Program-made: the position numbers and the translations under genes
The notes under the pieces: model-generated
Seen by the model: only the letters and a program-made list of their open reading frames with translations
Told to the model about the DNA's origin: nothing
The model's database searches: none
Shown here: in pieces, positions 1 to 12,048 of the stretch
Layout: every line of letters starts with the position of its first letter
Position numbering within the stretch: position 1 is the first letter of the stretch
Source: Methylotenera sp.
GTDB taxonomy: Bacteria; Pseudomonadota; Gammaproteobacteria; Burkholderiales; Methylophilaceae
Assembly: GCA_009693255.1 (NCBI GenBank)
Contig: SHXQ01000008.1
Span: 556-64,555, forward strand
Reading direction: 5' to 3'
Length of the DNA: 64,000 nucleotides

Positions 1-457
1 GAGAGAGCTCGTTAGAATGTTTAACGAATGTTTGAAAATTCTCGTCTTTTCTTAATGAAAGATTTATTTCATAAAAGAATGAAAATGGGTCTGACAATTG
101 TTTTTTACTCTGATCTTCATCAGAAAGAGCTTTGGCGAACTGATATCCCAGTTCAACTATGTTGGGGTTCAATTCTCGATTTTCTAACTCCCCTGAATCT
201 TTTTCAAGAAACTTCCACCAAGGAATTTGGAGGTCTAGTTTACCCAAACACTCCCATAACAGATTATTAAACTCAATAAGGTCATTATGGTCACCAATGA
301 ATTCTTTTCGGTAGTCGCTTTCTAAAGCATCAATCTCATCTATTGATAATTTAGAATTAGACTTCGCTAAAAACTCGAGTAAATTAATTAAATTTTTAGT
401 AGTTTTATTTCTTATAAACTCGCTTACTGGAGTTACTAATGAGATTTTAGAATTCAT
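1..457 (-). CDS. Hypothetical protein, partial (runs off window start)
   Basis: Manual translation from ATG at 457: MNSKISLVTPVSEFIRNKTTKNLINLLEFLAKSNSKLSIDEIDALESDYRKEF..., open for 152 codons to position 1; absent from the ORF track because it has no stop in the window. Confidence 0.7.
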   Translation of the reverse strand, partial: MNSKISLVTPVSEFIRNKTTKNLINLLEFLAKSNSKLSIDEIDALESDYRKEFIGDHNDLIEFNNLLWECLGKLDLQIPWWKFLEKDSGELENRELNPNIVELGYQFAKALSDEDQSKKQLSDPFSFFYEINLSLRKDENFQTFVKHSNELS

Positions 458-528
458 ATTTTTTGAAAATTTATTTATACAAAGTAATACGAATATTAAA
501 ACACTCCTAAATAATAAATACCAGCAAA

Positions 529-735
529 ATGGAGTTAAGCGTGAATAACATTAAGGATCGAAATCAAATCTTTGCTTTTAGAACGACCAAGGACTTTACT
601 AAGAAGTTTGATGATCTCTGTGAGCGATTAGGTTATTGCCGTTCAGAAGTCGTGCGTTATGCTTTAAAGCAGTTTATTCGTTCAAATTGGAACAACAGCG
701 ATAACTTTAATAAAGTTAAAGAGGAGATGTTTTAA
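529..735 (+). CDS. Ribbon-helix-helix (CopG-like) DNA-binding protein
   Basis: Pattern IFAFR (strand) - TKDFTKKFDDLCERLG (helix) - RSEVVRYALKQFI (helix), typical of the RHH fold. Confidence 0.75.
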   Translation: MELSVNNIKDRNQIFAFRTTKDFTKKFDDLCERLGYCRSEVVRYALKQFIRSNWNNSDNFNKVKEEMF

Positions 736-890
736 TGAATACTAGCGAATTAATAAAAGGTACTGAAAAGGCGGGGACTAAAATTAGTAAGGAGAAGCTA
801 ATCGAAGCCTTAAGAAAATCCACCCAGAAAGAGTTTAGTTTCTCTCAATCACAGAATAGCAAAACGGTAGTGGTGGTTTTACCAATATAA
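735..890 (+). CDS. Small hypothetical protein (51 aa), translationally coupled to the RHH gene
   Basis: TAATG stop/start overlap at 733-737, GAGGAG SD at 721-726; MNTSELIKGTEKAGTKISKEKLIEALRKSTQKEFSFSQSQNSKTVVVVLPI*. Confidence 0.55.
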   Translation: MNTSELIKGTEKAGTKISKEKLIEALRKSTQKEFSFSQSQNSKTVVVVLPI

Positions 891-903
891 AAACAATCTA
901 TTA

Positions 904-1266
904 TCAAAATATTTCAAAATCACCAGTTTCAAGATCAATAACTTCAACTCTAGTTACTTCTTCTTTTGCTGGTGAGTTAATTCTTTTGTCTCGAATCTTA
1001 CGTTTTTTATAAATTGAGAAAACACTTTCCGGAATTAACTCAAATCCTCGTGGGGATTTATATCCATCTTTAATTAGTATTTCAGAGATTGCTTTAAACG
1101 TTTTCTTTTCAATGTCACGCAGGTGAATTATTAGATTAGAAAGCTTAATTTGATAGTCAGAATATGACGCAGATAAGAGAGCTTTTACGGTAATTCGGAC
1201 GGTAAAACGGACTACAGACCCTGTGGAATAACTACCCCCTAAGAGAATTACTCCACCGTCACGCTC
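904..1266 (-). other. 120-codon reading frame without canonical start codon, with a recombinase-domain-like motif, overlapping the glmS 3' end
   Basis: Open from 1266 to TGA at 906-904 with no ATG/GTG/TTG; contains IIHLRDIEKKTFKAISEILIKDGYKSPRGFELIPESVFSIYKKRK. Confidence 0.65.
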
Positions 1267-3077
1267 TTAGCTAAATTCCTTGGCTTATCAACATCAGTGC
1301 CTTTCAACAATGCGACATGATAAGCCAGCATTTGCACTGGAATCGTATGTAAAATAGGCGAGAGCACACCTACATGTCGCGGGGTACGAATCACATGCAC
1401 CCCTTCAGATTCAGTAAAGCGGCTGTCGGCATCGGTAAATACAAACAATTCACCACCACGCGCTTTCACCTCTTGCATATTAGATTTTACTTTTTCTAAC
1501 AAGGAATCATTAGGCGCTATCACGACCACGGGCATTTCATTATCTACTAGCGCTAGCGGCCCATGCTTAAGCTCACCAGCTGGGTAAGCCTCAGCATGGA
1601 TGTATGATATTTCTTTAAGCTTAAGCGCTCCTTCTAAGGCAATTGGATAATGTATGCCCCGCCCTAAAAACAGCGCATGCTGTTTATTAGCAAAACTTTT
1701 AGCCCACTCACGAATTCTCGGTTCTAAATTCAGCGCATGCTGCACACTACCCGCTAGTTGGCGCAATGCCTTTAGGTAAGATTGCTCCGCCTTGCTGTCC
1801 AATAAGCCACGCTGCTTGGCTAAGGTAACGGCTAAAGTAAACAAAGCGACTAATTGCGTGGTGAAGGCCTTGGTTGACGCGACACCAATTTCTGCTCCTG
1901 CACGCGTGTAAAATACCAATGCCGAGGCTCTTGGAATAGCACTTTCCTGAACGTTACAAATTGCTAAAGTAAGATTTTGTCCTAATGACTTCGCATGCTT
2001 TAGCGCTTCCATGGTGTCTAAAGTTTCACCAGACTGTGAGATTGTCACAATGAGTTGTTGAGCATTAGGCACGGATTCACGATAGCGATATTCACTGGCA
2101 ATTTCCACATTGGTCGGCAATTTTGCAATGCTCTCTAGCCAGTATTTAGCTGTAAGGGCGGCGTAGTAGCTAGTGCCAGCGGCCAATATGAGTATGCTAT
2201 CTACTTGTTGGAAAATATCGCTGGCTTTATTGCCAAACAAAGTAGCAGAGAATTGATTATTATCTATCAATGCCTCAATGGTATCTGACAGTGCACGTGG
2301 TTGCTCATGAATTTCTTTTTGCATGAAGTGCGCGTAAGGACCAAGCTCCATGCTAGCCAGTGATACATCACTTAGATGTATTTTACGCGTGACCTCTGCA
2401 CCGTCGCGTGCAAAAATGCTGACACCCCCTCGGCGTATATCAGCAACATCACCATCTTCGAGATAAATCACTTTACGGGTAACAGATAAGACCGCAGATA
2501 CGTCAGAGGCAATGAAATTTTCACTTTCTCCCAAGCCTATCAAGAGCGGGCAACCCAAACGGGCAGTAATCATATGCTCAGGTTCTTTCACTGAAATTAC
2601 ACTAATCGCAAACGCGCCCGTCAATTCAGCAACCGCTTTTTGCGTTGCAGCTAATAGTGGTAAATCTTGGTGATAATAATGAATCAAATGTGCAATCACT
2701 TCAGTATCTGTCTGTGAAGTGAACTCATAACCAAGTGTTTTTAAGCGAGTGCGTTGTTCATCGTGATTTTCAATAATGCCATTATGTACTACTGCAATTT
2801 CACCTTTTGAGACATGCGGGTGTGCGTTACTTTCTGTTACCCCACCATGGGTGGCCCAACGGGTATGGCCGATACCTACTTGCCCACTTATTTCTGATTC
2901 ATTCGCTTTTTCTGTCATGGCAGATACACGGCCTACTGCACGTACACGTTCTATGCCGCTACTATTTAATACTGCAATACCTGCTGAATCGTAGCCACGA
3001 TATTCTAAACGGCTTAAACCCTCGATAAGGGTTGGAACAACATTTCTATTAGCTACTGCACCTACGATTCCACACAT
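1248..3077 (-). CDS. glmS: Glutamine--fructose-6-phosphate aminotransferase
   Basis: MCGIVG N-terminus, [12 protein letters not shown]-terminal [11 protein letters not shown]. Confidence 0.99.
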   Translation of the reverse strand: MCGIVGAVANRNVVPTLIEGLSRLEYRGYDSAGIAVLNSSGIERVRAVGRVSAMTEKANESEISGQVGIGHTRWATHGGVTESNAHPHVSKGEIAVVHNGIIENHDEQRTRLKTLGYEFTSQTDTEVIAHLIHYYHQDLPLLAATQKAVAELTGAFAISVISVKEPEHMITARLGCPLLIGLGESENFIASDVSAVLSVTRKVIYLEDGDVADIRRGGVSIFARDGAEVTRKIHLSDVSLASMELGPYAHFMQKEIHEQPRALSDTIEALIDNNQFSATLFGNKASDIFQQVDSILILAAGTSYYAALTAKYWLESIAKLPTNVEIASEYRYRESVPNAQQLIVTISQSGETLDTMEALKHAKSLGQNLTLAICNVQESAIPRASALVFYTRAGAEIGVASTKAFTTQLVALFTLAVTLAKQRGLLDSKAEQSYLKALRQLAGSVQHALNLEPRIREWAKSFANKQHALFLGRGIHYPIALEGALKLKEISYIHAEAYPAGELKHGPLALVDNEMPVVVIAPNDSLLEKVKSNMQEVKARGGELFVFTDADSRFTESEGVHVIRTPRHVGVLSPILHTIPVQMLAYHVALLKGTDVDKPRNLAKSVTVE

Positions 3078-3136
3078 ATGATTACTTTCTCGTATTTTTG
3101 TTGTAAGGTCATGCTACTGCCGATTAATTGAAACGG

Positions 3137-4507
3137 CTACTTTTTAATCTTCACGGGTCGTTTCCAACTGGCTATCGTTTTTTGCTCTTTCGCTCGGCAA
3201 AAAGTCAGCTGACCTGCTGGTGCATCTTTGGTTATGGTCGAGCCTGCTGCAATTGTCGCACCTTTGCCTATAGTGACAGGTGCAACTAATTGTGTATCTG
3301 AGCCTATAAACACGTCATCTTCAATCACTGTTCTAAATTTATTAGCACCATCGTAATTGCAAGTAATGGTGCCTGCACCGATATTCACGTTTTTACCTAG
3401 CGTAGTATCGCCCACATAACTCAAATGATTAATTTTGCTACCGACATCCACTTGTGAATTTTTAAGCTCGACAAAATTACCAACATGCGTACTAGCCGCC
3501 AATGTCGTGCCAGGTCTTAATCGGGCAAATGGACCAATGCGACTATTTTCACCAATCTGCGCATCATCAATATGGGTGAATGCTGCAATGTGTGTGCCCG
3601 CCGCAATGACGGCATTTTTGATCACGCAATTGGCAGCAATTTTAACCTCATCGCCTAAGCTAACATCGCCTTCAAACAGGCAATTCACATCAATTTCTAC
3701 ATCGCAACCACACCTTAGCGTGCCGCGTATATCTAAACGTGCTGGGTCTTTTAGGGTGACGCCTTGCTGCAATAGTTGCTGCGCATAACGTGTTTGATAA
3801 ATGCGCTCAATTTGAGCTAAATCTGTTTTAGCATTAATGCCCGTCACCGACCATTCATCCTCTGTTATTTCCGCCACCACCGCCACACCTTGCTGCACGG
3901 CAAACGCTACGATGTCGGTTAAATAATATTCAGCCTGGGCATTATCATTTGTCAGTTGCGCTAGCCATTTAACTAAATATTGATTGGGCATAGCCATCAT
4001 GCCCGTATTCACTTCAATGATTTTACGCTGACAGTCAGTGGCATCTTTATGCTCGACAATCGCACTGATTTGACCGCTGGCGTCCCGCACCATACGGCCA
4101 TAACCAGTGGGGTCTACTTTGTTAAAAGATAAAATTGCCAGTTTATTTTCTGCTTGAGCAAGTAATTTTTGACAGGCGCCAGCATCGACCAAAGGCACAT
4201 CACCCAATAAAATAAGCGTGTTGGCATCATCATCTAAATACGCTACTGCTTGTTGCACGGCATGACCTGTACCCAATTGTTCGGCCTGCTTCACCCAAGT
4301 GATGCTTTCGTTCGCAAACTTATCTTTCACTGTTTCACCACCAAAACCATAAACAACAATGATCTTGTTCGGATTGAGTATTTTAGCGCAGGCAATGACA
4401 TGGCCTAAAATAGGCTTTGCACCAATCTCATGTAATACTTTGGGCGTATTGGAATGCATGCGCGTGCCCTTGCCGGCGGCGAGGATGACGATATTAAGTT
4501 TGCTCAT
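3137..4507 (-). CDS. glmU: Bifunctional UDP-GlcNAc pyrophosphorylase / glucosamine-1-P acetyltransferase
   Basis: ILAAGKGTRM motif, hexapeptide repeats, NIGAGTITCNYDG. Confidence 0.99.
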   Translation of the reverse strand: MSKLNIVILAAGKGTRMHSNTPKVLHEIGAKPILGHVIACAKILNPNKIIVVYGFGGETVKDKFANESITWVKQAEQLGTGHAVQQAVAYLDDDANTLILLGDVPLVDAGACQKLLAQAENKLAILSFNKVDPTGYGRMVRDASGQISAIVEHKDATDCQRKIIEVNTGMMAMPNQYLVKWLAQLTNDNAQAEYYLTDIVAFAVQQGVAVVAEITEDEWSVTGINAKTDLAQIERIYQTRYAQQLLQQGVTLKDPARLDIRGTLRCGCDVEIDVNCLFEGDVSLGDEVKIAANCVIKNAVIAAGTHIAAFTHIDDAQIGENSRIGPFARLRPGTTLAASTHVGNFVELKNSQVDVGSKINHLSYVGDTTLGKNVNIGAGTITCNYDGANKFRTVIEDDVFIGSDTQLVAPVTIGKGATIAAGSTITKDAPAGQLTFCRAKEQKTIASWKRPVKIKK

Positions 4508-4559
4508 TTTTAATTATGTAATATTTTATATATTTGTCTATTTTTACAAGCAAAGTATA

Positions 4560-4591
4560 GCAAAAAAGGCAGCCCAAGCTGCCTTTTTTGC
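4560..4591 (-). terminator. Rho-independent terminator after atpC
   Basis: GCAAAAAAGGCAGC-CCAA-GCTGCCTTTTTTGC hairpin with A/T tails. Confidence 0.85.
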
Positions 4592-4615
4592 TTTTAATAC
4601 CATGCTTACTTCAAA

Positions 4616-5041
4616 CTAGTGCGCTGTTTTACGTAAACGCTCTATGGTTTGAATCTGCGCCAGCGCCTCAGATAATTCAGCCTGTGCTGCTGCATAGTTC
4701 ACATCTGAGGCTCTGTTTTTCAACGCCTCTTCAGCCGCATCTTTCGCTGCAATTGCTTTTGCTTCATCTAAATCGTGACCACGAACCGCAGTGTCAGCCA
4801 ACACAGTGATAATGCCTGGCTGTACTTCTAACAATCCACCTGAGATATAAATCAACACCTCAGCTGCCTCATTAGCTTGCTTAATCCGCAGTGCCCCTGG
4901 TTTGATGGTTGAAATCATAGGCGCGTGATTTGGATAAATACCCACTTCACCGGCGCTAGCAGGGGCAACCACAAACTCAGCTTCACCTGAGAATATGCTT
5001 GCTTCTGCACTGACTACATCAATATGAACAGTATTTGCCAT
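4616..5041 (-). CDS. atpC: ATP synthase epsilon subunit
   Basis: GEVGIYPNHAP and GGLLEVQP motifs; operon position. Confidence 0.98.
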   Translation of the reverse strand: MANTVHIDVVSAEASIFSGEAEFVVAPASAGEVGIYPNHAPMISTIKPGALRIKQANEAAEVLIYISGGLLEVQPGIITVLADTAVRGHDLDEAKAIAAKDAAEEALKNRASDVNYAAAQAELSEALAQIQTIERLRKTAH

Positions 5042-5090
5042 CTTTTTTCCTTAACCATTTAACTAATAACCAAAGTCTATCGACAATCAA

Positions 5091-6521
<1,431 letters not shown>

Positions 6522-6572
6522 TTATATCCTATTCAAGCTAGTCTGTTGAATTGTAATTAAATTCTTAAAAAT

Positions 6573-6672
6573 TTATGAAACTGCTGCCGCACTTTTGCAA
6601 TTTGGTCTCTACATAACATTTGCTGCGCAAATGATTAGTATCGCCCAATCGCTTAAGATACTGCTGCCGCAC
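6573..6672. repeat. Direct duplication of the last 20 bp of atpG, 80 bp apart
   Basis: 6573-6592 ttatgaaactgctgccgcac vs 6653-6672 ttaagatactgctgccgcac (18/20). Confidence 0.8.
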
Positions 6673-7591
6673 CACCGACGATTTCTGAAATCTCTTTGGT
6701 AATGGCGGCTTGACGGGCTTTGTTGTAGATCAATTTCAAATCACCAATCACCTCTTTTGCATTGTCTGATGCAGACTTCATTGCCACCATACGTGACGAT
6801 TGCTCTGAAGCCATATTTTCTGCTACCGCGTTATAAACTAGTGACTCAATATAGCGCACCATCAGCTCATCAATCACCGGCTTCGCCTCTGGCTCGTAAA
6901 TGTAATCCCAATGACCTTTAGCAGCACCAATCTGCAACGCACTCTTAATGACCGCGCTGGTCGTTAGCAGTTCTTTTTTCTCTTGTTCTGCATGCGTACC
7001 CAAGCGCTCACTTGTTAACGGCAACAATTGCTCTAACACCGGCTCTTGCTTCATGGTATTAATGAAGCGCGTGTAGCAAATATGCAACTGATCAATTTCA
7101 CCCGTAGTATAAGCATCCAACATCACTTTAATCGTACCAATCAGCGTATCCATGTGTGGCACATCACCTAAACCAGTGATATGTGATTTAACGCTAGCAC
7201 CCACGCGATTCATAAAGGCATAACCCTTGTTGCCAATTGCGCTAACCGCGATTTTCTTGCCTTCTGTTTCCCAGCTTTTCATTTGGTTAATCGTCAGTCG
7301 CAATACATTGGTATTTAATCCACCGCAAAGTCCTTTATCAGAACTAACGACGATAATACCAATATTTTTTACCTGCTCACGCTTAGTAAGAAAAGGGTGT
7401 TTGTACTCTGAATGCGCCAAAGAAAGATGGGCCGCCACATTGCGAATTTTATCCGCATAGGGCCGGCTAGCACGCATTCTATCTTGCGCTTTGCGCATTT
7501 TAGATGCGGCGACCATTTCCATTGCCTTGGTGATCTTGCGTGTATTTTCTACACTCTTGATCTTGGTTCTAATCTCTTTACTACCAGCCAT
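6653..7591 (-). CDS. atpG: ATP synthase gamma subunit (with internal insertion)
   Basis: [38 protein letters not shown]. Confidence 0.99.
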   Translation of the reverse strand: MAGSKEIRTKIKSVENTRKITKAMEMVAASKMRKAQDRMRASRPYADKIRNVAAHLSLAHSEYKHPFLTKREQVKNIGIIVVSSDKGLCGGLNTNVLRLTINQMKSWETEGKKIAVSAIGNKGYAFMNRVGASVKSHITGLGDVPHMDTLIGTIKVMLDAYTTGEIDQLHICYTRFINTMKQEPVLEQLLPLTSERLGTHAEQEKKELLTTSAVIKSALQIGAAKGHWDYIYEPEAKPVIDELMVRYIESLVYNAVAENMASEQSSRMVAMKSASDNAKEVIGDLKLIYNKARQAAITKEISEIVGGAAAVS

Positions 7592-7615
7592 TTTAGTGTC
7601 CTAATAGTTTAAAGA

Positions 7616-9157
7616 TTAGTATGCGTTTGTAGCTTTAAAGTCTTGAATTGCAGCTTCAACGGCTTTTTCGTTATCGCCAGCTAAATCTTTGCTCTTCTCA
7701 ATGCCATCCATCAAAGCTTTATATTTAGAAGCCATGAATCCGTGCAATGCATTTTCAACCGCCAATACTTTATTAGTTGGAACGTCATCAAAATAGCCTT
7801 TATTCGCTGCTAACAAAGTAATTGCCATGTTAGAAACGCTTAATGGCGCATATTGTGCTTGTTTCATCAATTCAGTAAACATGCGACCGCGATCTAATTG
7901 TTTACGTGTTGCTTCATCTAAATCAGAAGCGAACTGCGCGAAAGCCGCCAATTCACGGTATTGCGCTAAGGCTAAACGTACACCGCCGCCCAATTTTTTA
8001 ATCACTTTAGTTTGTGCAGCACCACCCACGCGAGATACTGAAATACCAGCATTGATCGCAGGACGAATACCAGCATTGAACAAGTCAGTTTCTAAGAAGA
8101 TTTGACCATCAGTAATTGAAATCACGTTAGTTGGAACGAACGCAGAAACGTCGCCCGCTGCAGTTTCAATCACCGGCAATGCTGTTAATGAACCCGTTTT
8201 ACCTTTAACGGCACCGTTGGTGAATTTTTCTACATAGTCTTCATTCACGCGAGCCGCACGCTCTAACAAACGTGAGTGAATGTAGAACACATCGCCAGGG
8301 TACGCTTCACGACCTGGTGGACGACGTAATAACAATGAAATTTGACGGTAAGCAATCGCTTGTTTAGTCAAATCATCATAAACAATCAATGCATCTTCAC
8401 CGCGATCACGGAAATATTCGCCCATGGTACAACCGGCGTATGGTGCTAAGAATTGTAATGCGGCAGAATCAGATGCAGTAGCCGCTACAACGATGGTGTA
8501 AGCCATCGCGCCGTTTTCTTCAAGTTTACGCACCACGTTAGCCACTGTAGAAGCCTTTTGACCAATCGCCACGTAGATACAGGTCATGTTTTGACCTTTT
8601 TGATTGATGATGGCATCAATCGCTACTGCAGTTTTACCTGTTTGACGGTCACCAATAATCAATTCACGTTGACCACGGCCAACTGGCACCATAGAGTCCA
8701 CTGATTTCAAGCCAGTTTGCACCGGCTGTGAAACTGATTTACGGGCAATAACACCTGGTGCGACTTTTTCAATTTTGTCGGTCATTTTTGCATTCACTGG
8801 GCCCTTGCCATCAATTGGCTGACCTAGTGCGTTGACCACACGGCCGATTAGCTCTGGGCCCACTGGCACTTCTAAAATGCGACCTGTACATTTACAGATA
8901 TCGCCTTCAGTAATATGTTCGTAATCACCTAAAACCACTGCACCCACTGAGTCGCGCTCTAAGTTCAGCGCTAAACCAAATGTATTGCCCGGGAATTCGA
9001 TCATCTCGCCGGCCATCACGTTTGAAAGACCGTGAATACGTACGATACCATCGGTTACTGAAATGACCGTACCTTGGGTACGCGCTTCCGCTGAGGTAGA
9101 AAAATTTTCTAATCTGCTTTTAATCAGCTCACTGATTTCTGATGTAGATAACTGCAT
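7616..9157 (-). CDS. atpA: ATP synthase alpha subunit
   Basis: GDRQTGKT and [12 protein letters not shown] motifs. Confidence 0.99.
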   Translation of the reverse strand: MQLSTSEISELIKSRLENFSTSAEARTQGTVISVTDGIVRIHGLSNVMAGEMIEFPGNTFGLALNLERDSVGAVVLGDYEHITEGDICKCTGRILEVPVGPELIGRVVNALGQPIDGKGPVNAKMTDKIEKVAPGVIARKSVSQPVQTGLKSVDSMVPVGRGQRELIIGDRQTGKTAVAIDAIINQKGQNMTCIYVAIGQKASTVANVVRKLEENGAMAYTIVVAATASDSAALQFLAPYAGCTMGEYFRDRGEDALIVYDDLTKQAIAYRQISLLLRRPPGREAYPGDVFYIHSRLLERAARVNEDYVEKFTNGAVKGKTGSLTALPVIETAAGDVSAFVPTNVISITDGQIFLETDLFNAGIRPAINAGISVSRVGGAAQTKVIKKLGGGVRLALAQYRELAAFAQFASDLDEATRKQLDRGRMFTELMKQAQYAPLSVSNMAITLLAANKGYFDDVPTNKVLAVENALHGFMASKYKALMDGIEKSKDLAGDNEKAVEAAIQDFKATNAY

Positions 9158-9198
9158 TGTGGCTCCTAATGTATTCTTTGCCTAAAATGTGATTTAAC

Positions 9199-9735
9199 TT
9201 ATGCTGAAAGCGAGTAAGCTAAATTTTGTAACTGACCTTTGACCGATGCGTCTATCACGGTATCGCCAACAATAATTTTAATACCACCAATAAGTTCTGA
9301 ATCGACAGAAACATTGGCTTCAATCTTTTTACCAAACTTAACTTCTAAACGCTTTACTAAATCCTTCACCGCTGCAGCACTAGGCTTAGCAGCGGCAATA
9401 ATTTGTGCATCTAGCGTACCTTCATCTAAAGCTTTGAGCTCTTCAAAAGCAATCGCAATCGCAGGCAAGATTGCCATGCGGTTATATTCAACCAACACTT
9501 TAATTAGGTTTTGGCCATGCTCATTAAGCTTATCGTCACACACCTTTAAAAAAGTGTCTTGCAATTCGCTACTGACAACCTTTGGATCTTGAATGTAGAC
9601 TTGCATCTGCGCGTCACTTGCGACTGCAGCTGCAAAGCCTAACATTTCAGACCACTTAGCCAATGCTTTTTGCTCTTTACCAAGGTTAAAGGCGGCAACT
9701 GCATAAGGTCTTGCGATGGTTGATATTTCAGCCAT
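9199..9735 (-). CDS. atpH: ATP synthase delta subunit
   Basis: TIARPYA, LIGGIKIIVGDTVIDAS. Confidence 0.98.
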   Translation of the reverse strand: MAEISTIARPYAVAAFNLGKEQKALAKWSEMLGFAAAVASDAQMQVYIQDPKVVSSELQDTFLKVCDDKLNEHGQNLIKVLVEYNRMAILPAIAIAFEELKALDEGTLDAQIIAAAKPSAAAVKDLVKRLEVKFGKKIEANVSVDSELIGGIKIIVGDTVIDASVKGQLQNLAYSLSA

Positions 9736-9737
9736 GA

Positions 9738-10208
9738 TTATAGCTCCGCAGCAAGTTTAGACAACATCTCGCTGTGTGCTTTTGCGTCAATTTCTTTACG
9801 CAATATTTTCTCAGCACCAGCAATTGCAAGTGCTGACACTTGCGCGCGTAAACCTTCTTTTGCACGGTTCACTTCTTGGTCGATTTCAGCTTTTGCACCC
9901 GCTATAATGCGATCGCCTTCAGCCTTAGCGGCACCTTTAGCGTCTTCGACAATTTGCGACCCACGCTTTTCAGCTTGGCTAATAATTTCGCTTGCTTTAT
10001 GCTTAGCCTCATTCAAAGTGACTTCTGATTGCTTAGCAGCTACTGCCAAGGAGTTCTTACCTTCAGATGCCGCAGCTAAACCATCAGCAATTTCCTTTTG
10101 GCGCACTTCTATTGCATTCAATAGCGGTGGCCAAACGAATTTCACTGTGAACCAAATCAACACAGCAAATGCGATTGCTTGTGCGATAAGTGTAAAGTTA
10201 ATGTTCAT
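9738..10208 (-). CDS. atpF: ATP synthase b subunit
   Basis: [10 protein letters not shown]...FVWPPL followed by a coiled coil. Confidence 0.98.
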   Translation of the reverse strand: MNINFTLIAQAIAFAVLIWFTVKFVWPPLLNAIEVRQKEIADGLAAASEGKNSLAVAAKQSEVTLNEAKHKASEIISQAEKRGSQIVEDAKGAAKAEGDRIIAGAKAEIDQEVNRAKEGLRAQVSALAIAGAEKILRKEIDAKAHSEMLSKLAAEL

Positions 10209-10283
10209 TACTTACTCCAATATTTAAGTCGTTTAATTTGTGCTGACCTAATATTTAGTCAGCATCCAAATTATTTAGGCTAA

Positions 10284-10562
<279 letters not shown>

Positions 10563-10634
10563 TCAAAAATTAAACTTACCACTAAAACAACTAAAAAATA
10601 AACTGCTCAATTATAAAACTAAACACCCTAAAAA

Positions 10635-11519
<885 letters not shown>

Positions 11520-11536
11520 CTAACTAAATTGTTTGT

Positions 11537-11911
11537 TTAAACTTTTAATTTACTAAGCGCCGCGCCTGAAAACAGGGCTGCTGCTGCTAAACCTGCAATC
11601 AGCGCAAATGGCACCAACTGCTTGTACATATTAAAAATGATTACCAATAAAATGATAATCACCAAAATTTTCACTGCTTCAGCTTTTAAAAGATTGACTA
11701 ATATAGCGGTCGGGTCTTCATTGCTAGTACTTCGTTTCGCAATCGCCATAGCGGCTAATGCGCCTAGCAATACACTTGCACCACCTAACATTGCTGAAAC
11801 ACTTGCATTTAAGCCTGAAATAATTAACGCCGCCACCGCAACTGCCAGCGTAGCGACTAGTTGAATTTTAAGCATTTTACTAAAAACATCTGATGTGATG
11901 GATGCTGACAA
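11537..11911 (-). CDS. atpI: ATP synthase protein I
   Basis: Four-TM hydrophobic protein first in the atp operon, AEAVK motif. Confidence 0.85.
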   Translation of the reverse strand: MSASITSDVFSKMLKIQLVATLAVAVAALIISGLNASVSAMLGGASVLLGALAAMAIAKRSTSNEDPTAILVNLLKAEAVKILVIIILLVIIFNMYKQLVPFALIAGLAAAALFSGAALSKLKV

Positions 11912-12048
11912 TTGCTTAAACCTAGTTAATATTGGTGCTTAAATTGCTGCCGTTCGGGTTATTTTTACTTACACCATTCAGCAAAGACCGCGATTTTGAG
12001 TGATTAGCGCATTTTAGTCAAGGGCTAAGTTCAAGCAAAATGAAACAC

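Larger units (their letters stand above)
1..1247. mobile_element. Edge of an AT-rich genomic island inserted at the 3' end of glmS (continues beyond window start)
   Basis: Markedly more AT-rich than the flanking housekeeping genes (roughly 30-33% GC by eye); begins directly after the glmS stop with no terminator hairpin; contains only small or unknown ORFs, an RHH regulator and a recombinase-domain-like frame. No integrase inside the window. Confidence 0.7.

Noticed and set aside
28-270. 80-aa + strand ORF from the track
   Set aside because: Shadow of a longer, more protein-like minus-strand ORF (457 to <1).
1190-1222. TGTAGTCC... as a Tn7 right end
   Set aside because: Starts 32 nt after the glmS stop rather than about 26, and no spaced TnsB-type repeats follow; not fully excluded without the far end.
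1203-1240. GGGG-starting sequence as a Tn3-family inverted repeat
   Set aside because: Lacks the conserved internal and TAAG-end pattern of Tn3 38-bp repeats.
1249-1275. Programmed -1 frameshift from glmS into the downstream frame
   Set aside because: No X XXY YYZ slippery site in the short overlap, and the GlmS C-terminus is functionally constrained.
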